Counted from the stretch's first letter, positions 36,953 through 47,160 are shown. The stretch is DNA of 57,191 bases from Thermodesulfobacteriota bacterium (GCA_040755035.1 JBFMBU010000115.1:1-57191); one strand, 5' to 3'. Numbers and translations are program-made. Notes: generated by a model not told the origin, from the letters alone.

Positions 36953-37678
36953 GTGTTTTATGGTTGGTTTTCAAAGTCTGTTTTCCCGCTTTTGTCTTGC
37001 TTAATTTTTTTCCCGATGGTTGCCCGGGGAGCTTTAAAAGACGATGCGGCTTCATTGCTACAGAAAGCAAAACCCGCGGTCATCCATTTTTCCGATGACA
37101 CCATCCGCTGGCAGGGCCAGACGGTATTCGTCGGGAAACTTGATAATGAGGTAGTCATCGTCAAAGCCAGCTATATGACCCTCACTACGGATGGCGCCAC
37201 CGGAGAAATACGCGCCTGTGATAGGACCGCCCAAGCGGAAACGGCGTTGAGGGGTCCTGTCGGGAAGCCGATTGATGCCAATGCTATTCCTTACCTGGTG
37301 CTTCCCTGGTGCGGGGGGGCCGCTGATCGAAAGAAATGTAAAGCCCATCCCCCGTATCGTCAGCTCGGGCTGCAAATGGGCGATCTGGCGGCTGTGATCA
37401 CCGGTGAAAAGATTGCTTTTGCCATAGCCGCCGACCTGGGTCCGGAAAAGCGCTTCGGCGAGGGATCGATCGAACTGCACCGTCGGCTCGGCCACGAGAC
37501 CATCGGCAAAGATCCCGCCGATCCCAGGTGCGCCAAAAACGAATCCTTGAATTCCGAAGTAGTCTTGGTCATTTTTCCGGGATCGAACGACCGCTGGCTG
37601 CCGGCCGATGAGTTAGAGAAAAAGGGGAGGGCGCTCTGGAATCGTTTATTACAGGAAGGGAAAGTTCTATCAGAGTAG
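36953..37678 (+). CDS. Secreted GH75 (fungal-type chitosanase) domain protein
   Basis: IDANAIPYLVLP, LGLQMGDLAAVI, AIAADLGP and GEGSIEL. Signal-like N-terminus from GTG 36953 (the ORF track starts at 36866). Confidence 0.72.
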   Translation: MFYGWFSKSVFPLLSCLIFFPMVARGALKDDAASLLQKAKPAVIHFSDDTIRWQGQTVFVGKLDNEVVIVKASYMTLTTDGATGEIRACDRTAQAETALRGPVGKPIDANAIPYLVLPWCGGAADRKKCKAHPPYRQLGLQMGDLAAVITGEKIAFAIAADLGPEKRFGEGSIELHRRLGHETIGKDPADPRCAKNESLNSEVVLVIFPGSNDRWLPADELEKKGRALWNRLLQEGKVLSE

Positions 37679-37716
37679 CCAAAAGTACTGAATATGAAAA
37701 GGCTTAAGGGGAAAAA

Positions 37717-38169
37717 ATGAGAAAAATTTCCTATCATCGTACGGAATATAAAGCAAAAGAGAAAAAAATTGAAAATGATCTTTTAGCCTTCATCTATGAC
37801 ATCCCTTACATCGGCGCTTGTGGGATCTTCCCCCCTTTGCAGATCCTTAACCGGATTTTTCTAAGCGGCGGCGGGGACGGGGGTATGGGACCCGGGGCTA
37901 TTTGGGAACCTTTTGAGATAACGGGGCAGGAATATGAGGAACTGACCATGGCGATTGCTTCTACCTCACCGGAGCAATTGAAAAACAGGACCCGCTATGG
38001 AGATATACCCTTCGAGTTTGATTCGAAATTTGACCAGATAAAAGATCGCTTGCAGTGGATCGAAAAGGTGTGTGATAAACACCGGGGGAATTATCATAAA
38101 AAGATTAGAAATCAAAGGGGGAAAGGCCGGTCAAGCCCCGGCAGACCGGTAAGGAAAACGGTAAAATGA
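37717..38169 (+). CDS. Hypothetical protein
   Basis: 150-aa ORF with an AAGGGG RBS and a GGGDGGMGPG motif. No family recognised. Confidence 0.65.
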   Translation: MRKISYHRTEYKAKEKKIENDLLAFIYDIPYIGACGIFPPLQILNRIFLSGGGDGGMGPGAIWEPFEITGQEYEELTMAIASTSPEQLKNRTRYGDIPFEFDSKFDQIKDRLQWIEKVCDKHRGNYHKKIRNQRGKGRSSPGRPVRKTVK

Positions 38170-38237
38170 TTCGAAAGATCCTGATGCTGTTTTTGGTCTA
38201 TGGAGTGGCATCAGAGGAGGTTGCCTTCTATCCTAAT

Positions 38238-39206
38238 TCAAAATTTCAGCTGCCGTCGCAGGTCATCGGCCGTTATCGTGCCGGGCATCAAGCCGTTTTT
38301 AGCGACCTGGTTGGCCGTGGTTTGTAACAACCGGTTCACCGGTGTGGGGACCCCATACAAGCGGCCGAGAAGACAAATTTCTCCATTCAACCAGTCGGAT
38401 TCCACCGTTCCCGTGCCGCGGATGATGCTTTGCCAGGAGGAACTTCCTTGACGACGAACATCACCGCCGGGGGGAACCCGGATAAAATCTCCACGGCGGT
38501 TTCGAAATTCCTCGTCGCCGGCGAAATCGATTCCCGCTTCCTGATAGCATTGCAGGGCTTCTTGTCGGGCGGCCTTCATTAGATCTCTTCCATCGGCTTC
38601 CTGGCCGCAGATGACTTGAAAGGCGTTTCCAAGGTTCAGAAGCAGTTTCGCATATTTCAGGCGCATGACCTTAGGATCGGTCCGGGAGCTGAAACCGGCC
38701 TCCCGCAGGTCGGAAGACACGGTTTCGATTGTTGGGTCAACCCCCTGGGGAAAGCATCCGGCGTCGAGGATTCCCGGGACCGGTGCTGAGTTCTGTTGGA
38801 CCAGACCGGATTCGAGGTGGGTGGCCGGCAACATAACCACCATGGCATAGACTTTTTCAAAGCGGCGTAAGGCCATCCGTTCATTGGCAACACCATTCTG
38901 GGTGCAGATAATTGGGAGATGGTCCCCTCCCGCGGTCCGCAAGGTCTCGAGGGCGGCAATGGTGTCCTGTGACTTCATGCCCAGAATGATCGCATCTCCT
39001 TTTTGAAAGACCATTTTCGTTGGAGAGGATATGGCCGGAATTTTCAAGGTTTCGGTCCATTCCGGTGTTTCCAGTCGTAATCCATGTCTCTGTAGGGCTT
39101 CCAAATGCTCACCGCGGGCGATGAGAACCACTTCCTTCCCCACCCGAAATAATCGGGCGCCAATGACGCCTCCGATGGCCCCGGCACCAAAAATGATGTA
39201 TCGCAT
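38238..39206 (-). CDS. panE: Ketopantoate reductase (PanE/ApbA) family protein
   Basis: MRYIIFGAGAIGG, QNG, KLLLN, SSSWQ, ESDWLNGE and GVPTPVN. The start is set at 39206. Confidence 0.85.
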   Translation of the reverse strand: MRYIIFGAGAIGGVIGARLFRVGKEVVLIARGEHLEALQRHGLRLETPEWTETLKIPAISSPTKMVFQKGDAIILGMKSQDTIAALETLRTAGGDHLPIICTQNGVANERMALRRFEKVYAMVVMLPATHLESGLVQQNSAPVPGILDAGCFPQGVDPTIETVSSDLREAGFSSRTDPKVMRLKYAKLLLNLGNAFQVICGQEADGRDLMKAARQEALQCYQEAGIDFAGDEEFRNRRGDFIRVPPGGDVRRQGSSSWQSIIRGTGTVESDWLNGEICLLGRLYGVPTPVNRLLQTTANQVAKNGLMPGTITADDLRRQLKF

Positions 39207-39385
39207 AGATCCTACTCCCAGTAAAAAGGATTTCGTTTTTCCCGAAAACCGCATCTTGAAAAAGCGTTTTTTCAGATCCAAGTTATCAGCCATTCCCTGC
39301 TTAAAAAGACCAGTATCATATTTATTCCTTTATGTACAGACAGGAAGAAAGGCAGCCAATCTCGGGAATAATCCCATATTTTTAT

Positions 39386-39441
39386 TTGACTTGACTTTTT
39401 CCTATAAGTTATGTTAATCGAAAAAGGTGAACGAGCGCTCG
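39386..39441 (+). promoter_or_regulatory. Sigma70 promoter and palindromic operator for the crotonase-thiolase operon
   Basis: TTGACT-18-TATGTT, then the perfect palindrome CGAGCGCTCG at 39432-39441 just downstream of the predicted start site. Confidence 0.45.
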
Positions 39442-39522
39442 GAAAGCTGTCTGTCGTCTTTGCTGATTCCGGGCGGTCGGGAGATGCAGACATTTCTTTA
39501 AACCCATAAGGAGGAACCCCCC

Positions 39523-40287
39523 ATGGAATTTCAAAACATACTTTTCAGCAAACAGGGGAATATCGGTTTGCTCACCTTGAACCGTCCGCCGGCCAATGCC
39601 ATCAATATGGCCACCCTGCTGGATATTGAAAAAGCCCTGGAGGAGGCGGAAGCTGACAAGGAAATCAGGGTTATTGTCATTACCGGGGCTGGAGAGAAAG
39701 GATTTTCAGCCGGTTTTGACGTTTCTGATCCGGCCGGAGCCGGGGCCACCGGCCCCAAAGGCCAGGAAGTGTGGACCAAAATCGATCGATTTTCAAAACC
39801 GGTCATCGCCGCTATCAACGGCTATGCCTTCGGCGGCGGTTGTGAACTGGCTATGGCCTCCACCTTCAGGGTCATGCAGGAGAATGCCCGGATCGGTCTC
39901 ACCGAGCTTAACCTTGGTATTATACCGGGATGGGGCGGGACACAGCGCATGCCCAGGATTCTGGGGAAATCGAAGGCCCTGGATTTGATCCTTTTCAGCA
40001 AAAGACTGACCGCTCAGGAGGCTTTGGAGATCGGTTTGGTGGATCGTGTTTCTAAGGTCGGGGAATTGATGAAAGACGTTATGGCCATGGCCGAAGAGCT
40101 GGCCGGACGGCCGCCCCTGGCCGTTAAAGCGGTCCTGGCCGCTGTCAACGCCGGAATCGAAAAGGGGCTGGATGAGGGGATCAAAGTGGAATTGGAAGGG
40201 ATTCAGATGGTCTCCCGTTCCAAAGACGCCGTGGAAGGCATCACGGCCTTCATGCAGAAACGTAAACCGAATTTTATCGGAGAATAA
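39523..40287 (+). CDS. Enoyl-CoA hydratase/isomerase (crotonase)
   Basis: LNRPPANA, FSAGFD, AFGGGCE and LTELNLGIIPGWGGTQR, with both catalytic Glu present. Confidence 0.95.
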   Translation: MEFQNILFSKQGNIGLLTLNRPPANAINMATLLDIEKALEEAEADKEIRVIVITGAGEKGFSAGFDVSDPAGAGATGPKGQEVWTKIDRFSKPVIAAINGYAFGGGCELAMASTFRVMQENARIGLTELNLGIIPGWGGTQRMPRILGKSKALDLILFSKRLTAQEALEIGLVDRVSKVGELMKDVMAMAEELAGRPPLAVKAVLAAVNAGIEKGLDEGIKVELEGIQMVSRSKDAVEGITAFMQKRKPNFIGE

Positions 40288-40308
40288 TTTAGTTAGGAGG
40301 AGAAAAAG

Positions 40309-41487
40309 ATGAAAGAGTGTGTGTTTATCGATGGTATCCGGACGGCCAACGCCCGGGCTCACAATGAAAAGGGATGGTTCAGAAATGTCCGACCGGACGA
40401 TCTGCTCACCGTTCTTTATAATGCCCTTTTTGAGAGAAACCCCAAGGTAAAACCGGAGATGGTGGATGGGGTTTTTATCGGAGCGGCCAATCTTTCCGGC
40501 ATGCAGAATGACATTGCCCGGTCAGCCTGGCTGGCCTCGGGTTTGCCGGAGAGCGTTCCCTCGCAGAGTATCTGCAATCAGTGTCCCTCGGGCATGTCGG
40601 CCACCATGGACGCCGCCCGGGCCATCATGACCGGTGAGGTGGACATCATGATTGCCGGTGGTGCGGAGGACATGGAAAAGGTGCCGATGGGGGCCAATAT
40701 GGATATGTCCCCCAGAATTTTCCAGCGTTACAATCCCTTTGAGATCCCCATGGGAGCAACGGCGGAAAAAGTGGCCGACCTCTACAACATTTCCGTGGAT
40801 GATATGATCCAGTTTGCCATTTTTTCCCATCAAGGGGCCAAGATGGCCAGGGATACGGGAAGATTTAAAAACGAGATCATCCCGGTAAAAGGCTTGAAGG
40901 ACGACGGAACCGAATTCATGGTCGACCGGGATCAGTGGATCCGGGAATCCTTGAACGCCGAGGAAATGAAGGTCATGAAAACCCCTTTCAAGGAAAACGG
41001 AAAAATCACGGCCGCCTTGTCGTCACCTTTGACCGCCGGAGCCGCCCTTTTACTGCTCATGAGCCGGGACAAAGCGGATGAGCTGGGTCTTTCCTATAGT
41101 TATAAATATAAATTCGGGGCCCAGGCCGGGAATGATCCCACCGTTATGGGTGTCGGTCCCATCTTTGCCGTTAAAAAACTTTTTGAAAAAACAGGATTGA
41201 AAGCCGGGGATATCGGGGCCGTGGAACTCAATGAAGCATTCGCCAGCCAATCCTTGGCCGTGGTCCGGGAACTGAAGCTGGACAGCGACAATGTGCCCTT
41301 TAAGAAAGTGAATACCTGGGGCGGGGCCATTGCCTTAGGCCATCCCCTGGGAGAATCCGGGGCCCGCATCCTGGTTACCTTACTGAATCGTCTGAAAACG
41401 GATTATCCCAATGAGAAATACGGCCTGGCTACACTGTGCGGCGGTTTTGGAAACGCCAACGCCGTGCTGGTGGAGAAAATTAAATAA
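40309..41487 (+). CDS. Acetyl-CoA acyltransferase (thiolase)
   Basis: NQCPSG, ELNEAFA, GGAIALGHPLGESG and LCGGFG. Confidence 0.95.
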   Translation: MKECVFIDGIRTANARAHNEKGWFRNVRPDDLLTVLYNALFERNPKVKPEMVDGVFIGAANLSGMQNDIARSAWLASGLPESVPSQSICNQCPSGMSATMDAARAIMTGEVDIMIAGGAEDMEKVPMGANMDMSPRIFQRYNPFEIPMGATAEKVADLYNISVDDMIQFAIFSHQGAKMARDTGRFKNEIIPVKGLKDDGTEFMVDRDQWIRESLNAEEMKVMKTPFKENGKITAALSSPLTAGAALLLLMSRDKADELGLSYSYKYKFGAQAGNDPTVMGVGPIFAVKKLFEKTGLKAGDIGAVELNEAFASQSLAVVRELKLDSDNVPFKKVNTWGGAIALGHPLGESGARILVTLLNRLKTDYPNEKYGLATLCGGFGNANAVLVEKIK

Positions 41488-41516
41488 CAACCTCTATAAT
41501 TTTTGAACAACCCAGT

Positions 41517-41570
41517 CCCAGAAGAGCCGCTGCCGAAGGAAGGAGGCCGGCTCTTCTGGGTTTCTTTTTT
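41517..41570 (+). terminator. Intrinsic terminator after the thiolase
   Basis: CCCAGAAGAGCCG/CGGCTCTTCTGGG stem followed by TTTCTTTTTT. Confidence 0.8.
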
Positions 41571-41641
41571 CATCTCCATGATTTCAAGCTGAATATCCCT
41601 CGGACCTTAACTATTTTTATTTATAACTTGGGATCGCCTTG

Positions 41642-43291
41642 ATGACCGATGATGTCATAAAAGAACCTTTTTCCTCCCAAGCCATGACCAAGCAGCAAAG
41701 GACCATCACCCTGGTCGGGGCACTGCTTTCCATGTTCATGAGTTCCTTGAACCAGACGGTTATCGGAACGGCCATGCCCCGGATCATCATCGAACTGGGA
41801 GGGTTCGCCCATTATACCTGGGTGGCTACCGGTTTCATGATTACTTCCACGGTCATAGTCCCCATTGCCGGGAAGCTCTCGGACCTTTTCGGCCGCAAAC
41901 GCTTATATCTCATCGGTCAAGGTGTTTTTATCCTTGGCGCTCTCCTGTCCGGATTTAGCCAGACCTTGACCCAACTCATCTTTTTCCGGGCCCTGCAAGG
42001 GATCGGGGCGGGCACAATGATGGCCAACACCGTGGCTATCACCGCCGACTTGTTTCCTCCGGCCGAGCGTGGAAAATACTCCGGCATGATGACCGGGGTT
42101 ATGGGTCTTTCCTCGGTTATCGGACCCACCCTCGGTGGGTTCATTACCGATACGCTCTCCTGGCATTGGGTCTTCTGGGTCAACATTCCCCTGGGGATTA
42201 CGGTCATCACACTGGTATTTTTGTATTTTCCGGATCTGAAAAAGGATGATCAGAAACCCCGGGTCGAGGATTGGGGGGTATTCACTTTTAGCCTGGCCCT
42301 GGTGCCGGCGATGCTGGCCTTATCCTGGGGCGGGGTGGAGTGGTCCTGGTTTTCCTTTCCCATCCTCGGACTTTTAGGTTTTGCTCTTTTTATGGGATTG
42401 CTCTTCTTTTTAATCGAGAAGAAGATCGAAGAGCCCCTGATTCCTTTTTCCCTTTATCAAAACCCGATTTTCAGGATTTCTCAACTCATCGTTTTCCTGA
42501 TGGGGATGGGGATGTTCGGCAGTATGATTTTCATTCCCCTTTTCTTTCAGGGGGTATTAGGGGCCACGGCCACGATCAGCGGAAGCTTCATGACGCCGAT
42601 GATGTTGGGTCTGATGGTAGGGAGCTTCACCTCCGGGCAATTTTTATCCCGGGCCGGGGGCCACTATCGTTGGCAAGGCCTGATCGGATTGGGAGCCATG
42701 GCCCTCGGGCTGTACTTCATTTCCAGGATGTCCCCGCAGACCGGTTTCAGCCAGGCCGTTATCAATATTATCCTGACCGGGGTTGGGGTCGGGATCATCA
42801 TGCCCTGTTATACCATTGCCGTGCAGAATTCCGTTCCCTTACGTTTGATGGGAACCGCTTCTTCCCTTATGGTTTTTGCCCGGTCCATAGGGGGAACGCT
42901 GGGTTTGACCCTCTTCGGATCAGTGATGAACGATCGTTTTCATTTTTACTTTTTAGAAAAGCTTTCCCCGGCCCTTCAGGCCATGATCGGTCCGGACCAA
43001 TTAGGGGCCCTGGCTAAAAATCCACAGGCCTTAGTCAGCCCCAAGGCCCAAATGCGGCTAAGGGCCTTTTTCGGTGCTTATGGAAGTCAAGGCGCAGCCT
43101 GGTCCGAGCAAATTCTCAATACCATGCGCCAGGCCCTGGCCCTGGCGATTTCCCAGGTTTTCCTTATCGCCATGGCCTTGATCCTCGTCGGTTTTATCGC
43201 TAATTTGTTTCTTAAGGAAATTCCCTTGCGCAAGCATCATGATTTAGAAAACGGCGCCGGCCAGGGGAGGAGTCGGGGAGGTACTTCATGA
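41642..43291 (+). CDS. MFS multidrug efflux transporter, DHA2 (EmrB/QacA) family
   Basis: 14-TM pattern, GKLSDLFGRK, RALQGIGAG, GPTLGGFITD and WHWVFWVNIPLG. Confidence 0.93.
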   Translation: MTDDVIKEPFSSQAMTKQQRTITLVGALLSMFMSSLNQTVIGTAMPRIIIELGGFAHYTWVATGFMITSTVIVPIAGKLSDLFGRKRLYLIGQGVFILGALLSGFSQTLTQLIFFRALQGIGAGTMMANTVAITADLFPPAERGKYSGMMTGVMGLSSVIGPTLGGFITDTLSWHWVFWVNIPLGITVITLVFLYFPDLKKDDQKPRVEDWGVFTFSLALVPAMLALSWGGVEWSWFSFPILGLLGFALFMGLLFFLIEKKIEEPLIPFSLYQNPIFRISQLIVFLMGMGMFGSMIFIPLFFQGVLGATATISGSFMTPMMLGLMVGSFTSGQFLSRAGGHYRWQGLIGLGAMALGLYFISRMSPQTGFSQAVINIILTGVGVGIIMPCYTIAVQNSVPLRLMGTASSLMVFARSIGGTLGLTLFGSVMNDRFHFYFLEKLSPALQAMIGPDQLGALAKNPQALVSPKAQMRLRAFFGAYGSQGAAWSEQILNTMRQALALAISQVFLIAMALILVGFIANLFLKEIPLRKHHDLENGAGQGRSRGGTS

Positions 43292-44106
43292 AGGTTCCCA
43301 ACCAGACCAAGGAACAAAACAGGAAAAAACCTTCTGCCGGGCAAGAGCCCTTTCGCTGGGCTTGGGGGAAACAGGCGGTCCTGGAACTCCTCCGGGTCCA
43401 TCCTGAAAGGGTGGGGGAGGTGATCATGGCTCCACCGGAACTGGATCCGGAGCGGAGGGAAATCGCCGAACTCTGCACCAGGCTGGGGATTCCTTTTTCC
43501 ATAAAACAGCGAAAGCAAATAGACCGGTTGCTTTCTGTCCCGGCCCATCAGGCCGTGGCTGCCAGATTGAAAGAGGATCCTGCCTTGCTGTCGCTGGAAT
43601 CGTTATTATCCGGTATCCCCCTCGACCAAAAACCCGCGCCGGTGCTGCTGGCTTTGGATCATATTCTCGATCCGCAAAATCTGGGAGCCATGATCCGTAC
43701 CGCCCTTTCGGCCGGGGTCCGAGGCGTTATCCTGCCCAAAGACCGCTCCTGCCCTATTTCCGGCACGGTTCGTAAGGCCGCCGCCGGGGCCTTGGAGCAT
43801 ATGCCCTTGATTCAGGTGACTAATTTGGTCCGATCATTGGAAATGTTGAAAAAAAAGGGTTTTTGGATTTTGAGCCTGGAAGCCCATTCTTTGACCTCTT
43901 TATACGAAATAGATCTCCAGGTCCCTTTGGTGGTGGTGATCGGAGGGGAAGCGCAGGGCGTCGGTCCCCTGGTCCGCAAACATTCCGATTGGGTGGCCTC
44001 CATTCCGATGAAGGGGGTGGTCTCTTCCCTGAACGCCTCCGTGGCCTGCGGCGTGGTCCTGTATGAAATCCTGCGGAAGAATCAGTTCCGGGGTCCAAGA
44101 GAATAA
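43288..44106 (+). CDS. rlmB: 23S rRNA (guanosine-2251-2'-O)-methyltransferase
   Basis: LDHILDPQNLGAMIRTA, VIGGEAQG and IPMKGVVSSLNASVA SPOUT motifs. Confidence 0.9.
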   Translation: MKVPNQTKEQNRKKPSAGQEPFRWAWGKQAVLELLRVHPERVGEVIMAPPELDPERREIAELCTRLGIPFSIKQRKQIDRLLSVPAHQAVAARLKEDPALLSLESLLSGIPLDQKPAPVLLALDHILDPQNLGAMIRTALSAGVRGVILPKDRSCPISGTVRKAAAGALEHMPLIQVTNLVRSLEMLKKKGFWILSLEAHSLTSLYEIDLQVPLVVVIGGEAQGVGPLVRKHSDWVASIPMKGVVSSLNASVACGVVLYEILRKNQFRGPRE

Positions 44107-44183
44107 GAGGGCTTCTTTAACTCCTCCCGAGTGTGTTTTTCCGGTGATCCATAATTCACCGAAGATAAATCCCCCACTCCTTA

Positions 44184-44627
44184 TTAGGTAAAGAGGCAGA
44201 TCTTACATTCCCGGGCGAATTTCAGAAAGTCCTCGGCCGTCCAAACCACCACACCGTCGATGAGCTTGCTCTCATCGATTTCCATCATATCCACGGTCAT
44301 CTTGCAAGCGATCAGTTCCACCCCTTCCAACTGGGCCATTTCCTGCATCTCGGCCAGGTTGGGGATATTAGCTTTATCGATTTTCTTCTTCATCATGCTG
44401 GTGGCGATGGTACTCATCCCCGGGATAGCCCCCATAACTCCCGGTGGAATGAATTTGGCCCGTTCCGCCCCGCCTTTGAGGACCATATTCAGCCCCATGA
44501 AGGAATAGAATATCTTGCTTTCCATGCCCATACGGGCGGCATTGATACCCAAGACCAGGGAAGGATAGGCCCCGTCCAGGGTGTCGTGCACACAAATAAA
44601 ACCGGCTTTTTCTTTTTGATCGCTCAT
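44184..44627 (-). CDS. DsrE/DsrF/DrsH-like (DsrE2-type) protein
   Basis: TLDGAYPSLVLG, FYSFMGL, GVELIACKMTVDMM and C-terminal LFT. Confidence 0.88.
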   Translation of the reverse strand: MSDQKEKAGFICVHDTLDGAYPSLVLGINAARMGMESKIFYSFMGLNMVLKGGAERAKFIPPGVMGAIPGMSTIATSMMKKKIDKANIPNLAEMQEMAQLEGVELIACKMTVDMMEIDESKLIDGVVVWTAEDFLKFARECKICLFT

Positions 44628-44804
44628 GGTGGTTTCCCCTCTAAGAATTGATTTTTAATGGGATTATTATAAGATCGGGATAGACAAGGGTCAAGGGGGG
44701 AAAGAATCTTTAATCTCACAGAGTATAAAAAGGTCTTTGACCGCGCCGGGTCAGGTATTCAATCCTCAAGCGGGTTTCCCGTACCCTCACTATGGGATAT
44801 GAGT

Positions 44805-44846
44805 GGGCCGAAGCCCCCGGGACTGTATCCCCGGGGGCTTCGGCCC
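44805..44846. terminator. Perfect 17-bp GC-rich hairpin downstream of the beta-helix gene
   Basis: GGGCCGAAGCCCCCGGG-N8-CCCGGGGGCTTCGGCCC, with no U tract. Confidence 0.65.
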
Positions 44847-44880
44847 GTGTGCATCCCTCAGCAAGCTTTGACTCGGCTAT

Positions 44881-46734
44881 TTATATTTCTTCGATCACGG
44901 CCAGCGTCTTCATTTCAATTAGTTGTGCCGTCTCGGTTTGGCCCAGTAACGCCCTGACGTCGGCGATCAGTCCGTTGAGAAAGTGTATGGCTGTTTTCTC
45001 GTCGTCCTGGTCCAGCGCCGCCTGGGCGTCATTGACGTAGGCTATCAGGATGGCTGCGGTTTCCAAATCCAGCTCTCCCCTGTCGGCCAGGGCCTGGAGG
45101 AAGGCACCCAGGTCGGGGAGGTTGGGAACAACCTCGTCCGCGCCGATGTCGATGCCGGGCGCGCCGTCGCCGTCAGAGTCCACTATCCGTTTGTTCCCCT
45201 CGAAGTCGGTGTCCGGCAGCCCGTACGGGTATGGGGATGGCAGATAGCCGAAGGTCAAAGCATAGCCGGCGTCGATGCAGGGGGAATCGTAGCGCAGGTG
45301 GAAATCGCCGCCGGCGGGGTCCACCAGGCGCGGATCGATATCGTAGAGGTTGTTGACGGAGTCGGGGTGGAAATTCCCGTGGACGTGGTAGATCGCTACA
45401 TCCCTTGGATCGCTAAACCCCTGATAGCTAATGTTCTCATAAAAGAGGGAGTTGGTCAGAATTGTACCGCGCTGGGCGATTGTTGCGGCAGCAACGACCG
45501 CGCCACCATATCCTCTGACGGCGTTATTGCTGAAGATGCAGTTGAAGATGGTTGACCCGGCTCGCCGCTCATCCTAGACGGCGCCGCCGGCCGCGGTATA
45601 GGCCCTGAAGCGCGGCTCAGGATAGCCAACGGGGAAAAGCCGCCAGCCGTTCTGGTAGAAGGTGCAGTTCAGGATGGTCGCATCGGCGAGGTTATAGATA
45701 GCCCCACCCTTGCCATCCCCGTAGTTATTGGAGTTGGTATTGAAGATGCAGTTGGTGATGGTCGGCTGTGCGTAGAAGTTGAGCATGCCGCCGCCCATGC
45801 CGCCCAGGTTGCGCACGAAGGTGCAGCGATCGATGGTCGGGGAGCAGTCAAAGTTGTACATACCTCCGCCGCCCCCGCCTCCCAGCATTACGCTTACCTC
45901 CCACTTTGAAGAGGCAACGTTGTCGCTGAAGGTGCAGCCGCTGATAACGGGCGATTGGCGGTCGACCCCGTTATCGAAGTAGCCCTCGTTGTACATGCCG
46001 CCGCCGGCGCCTATCTTGTCATTGACGGTATTTCCCGCCTGATTGGCAATGAAGGTGCAGTTGGTGACGATGGGCGCGCTGTTCTTGTTGTACATGCCGC
46101 CGCCACGGCCTGTGGCCCAGCCCCATACGGTTCCTACCGCCACCTTGTTGTTGCTGAAGATGCAGTTGGCAACGGTCAGGGCGCTGTTGGTGTTGTACAT
46201 GCCGGCCCCCGCGCTGTTGTCACCGCCGCGGCCACGGGTCACGGTGAAGCCGTCCAGAACGGCGCCGGTCACCCCTGCGGCATAGACCACGTGATAGCTG
46301 TTGTCCGTATCGACGTCAGGAGTCCCGATGTCGCCGCTCAGGACGGTCAGGCCCGGGTCCAAAGAGCGCTCGCGGAGGGCCTTCTCGCCGCCGGCGAAAC
46401 CGCCGTAGAGCGCGACTCCGCTTTTGAGGACAAAGGAAACCGAGCGGTCACTACTGTCGGTTGGCGTGTAGGTGCCGGCGGCGACCCAGATCTCGTCGCC
46501 GGACACGGCGGCTTCCAGGGCGTCCTGGAGGTCGGTGAAAGCGGTTGCCCAACTCGTCCCGTCGCCGTTAAGGGCTGCGGAAGCGTTCACATATATTTTC
46601 AGAGCAGGTTTGGCACCCCACGAGGATGAGATGCCGAAGCAGAGGATCAAAATAAGCAAGGCGGTCATCTTCCTAATGTCCAGCCTGATCGCTTTTGATA
46701 AAAAATCTTTCGGTCCTATTGAATGCTTTTTCAT
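44881..46734 (-). pseudogene. Secreted parallel beta-helix repeat protein (DUF1565-like N-terminus, GG(G/A)xYN/FxxN repeats, choice-of-anchor-Q-like C-terminus) interrupted by one in-frame TAG
   Basis: The 45574-46734 and 44881-45324 ORFs share a frame. Reading through gives GGAV*DERRAGSTIFNCIFSNN...DPRLVDPAGGDFHLRYDSPCIDAG...DIGADE, 617 codons in total. Confidence 0.82.
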
Positions 46735-46778
46735 ATTTCCTTCCTCCCGAATATATTTTTACTTTTTATTTGGTATGG

Positions 46779-47132
46779 TTATGTTTCGGCGTTGACTGAC
46801 GAACTTTGCTTTCTTAGCCGTAAGGCGGCAATCCAATCCATGCCTTTTGTGCTTGAAATCTCATGAAAAGAAATATCCGGCCTCTCCCGGCACAGGTCCA
46901 TGGCATTGAGTACCCGCAGATAGACGTCAGATTCGATATACCGGTCCATCTCCATTTTCGATTGCCATGCCTCCAGGTAAAGGATCAAGGGGTCGGGATC
47001 GCATTCCTCATATATATTACTCTCCAGACAACCTCTTTTCATTTGCAGGTGCTCTTTGACGTAGCCAAGGATGTCCAGGACGGCTTGACGCTTTTCAGGG
47101 ATCGGTTTCAGCTTGAGAAATGAGATGATCAT
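46779..47132 (-). CDS. Antibiotic biosynthesis monooxygenase (ABM)-like small protein
   Basis: MIISFLKLKPIPEKRQAVLDIL...GCLES..YEE...LYLEAWQS...IES..YLRVL, a dimeric alpha/beta barrel pattern. The start is set at 47132. Confidence 0.8.
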   Translation of the reverse strand: MIISFLKLKPIPEKRQAVLDILGYVKEHLQMKRGCLESNIYEECDPDPLILYLEAWQSKMEMDRYIESDVYLRVLNAMDLCRERPDISFHEISSTKGMDWIAALRLRKQSSSVNAET

Positions 47133-47144
47133 GCCCTGAATAAA

Positions 47145-47160
47145 AGCATGATCCATGCCA
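47145..47160 (-). promoter_or_regulatory. Sigma54 -24/-12 promoter
   Basis: Minus strand TGGCATGGATCATGCT, a near-consensus TGGCA-N7-TGC. The predicted +1 is about 47134, two nt before the ATG. Confidence 0.75.

Noticed and set aside
41517-41560. GCCGAAGGAAGGAG loop resembling the SRP RNA core
   Set aside because: It lacks the full SRP domain IV context. The stem plus T tract right after the thiolase fits a terminator.
46826-46846. GGCATGGATTGGATTGC in the ABM 3' end as a second sigma54 promoter
   Set aside because: The GG-to-GC spacing is not 10 nt, and the sequence is explained by the coding sequence GMDWIA.
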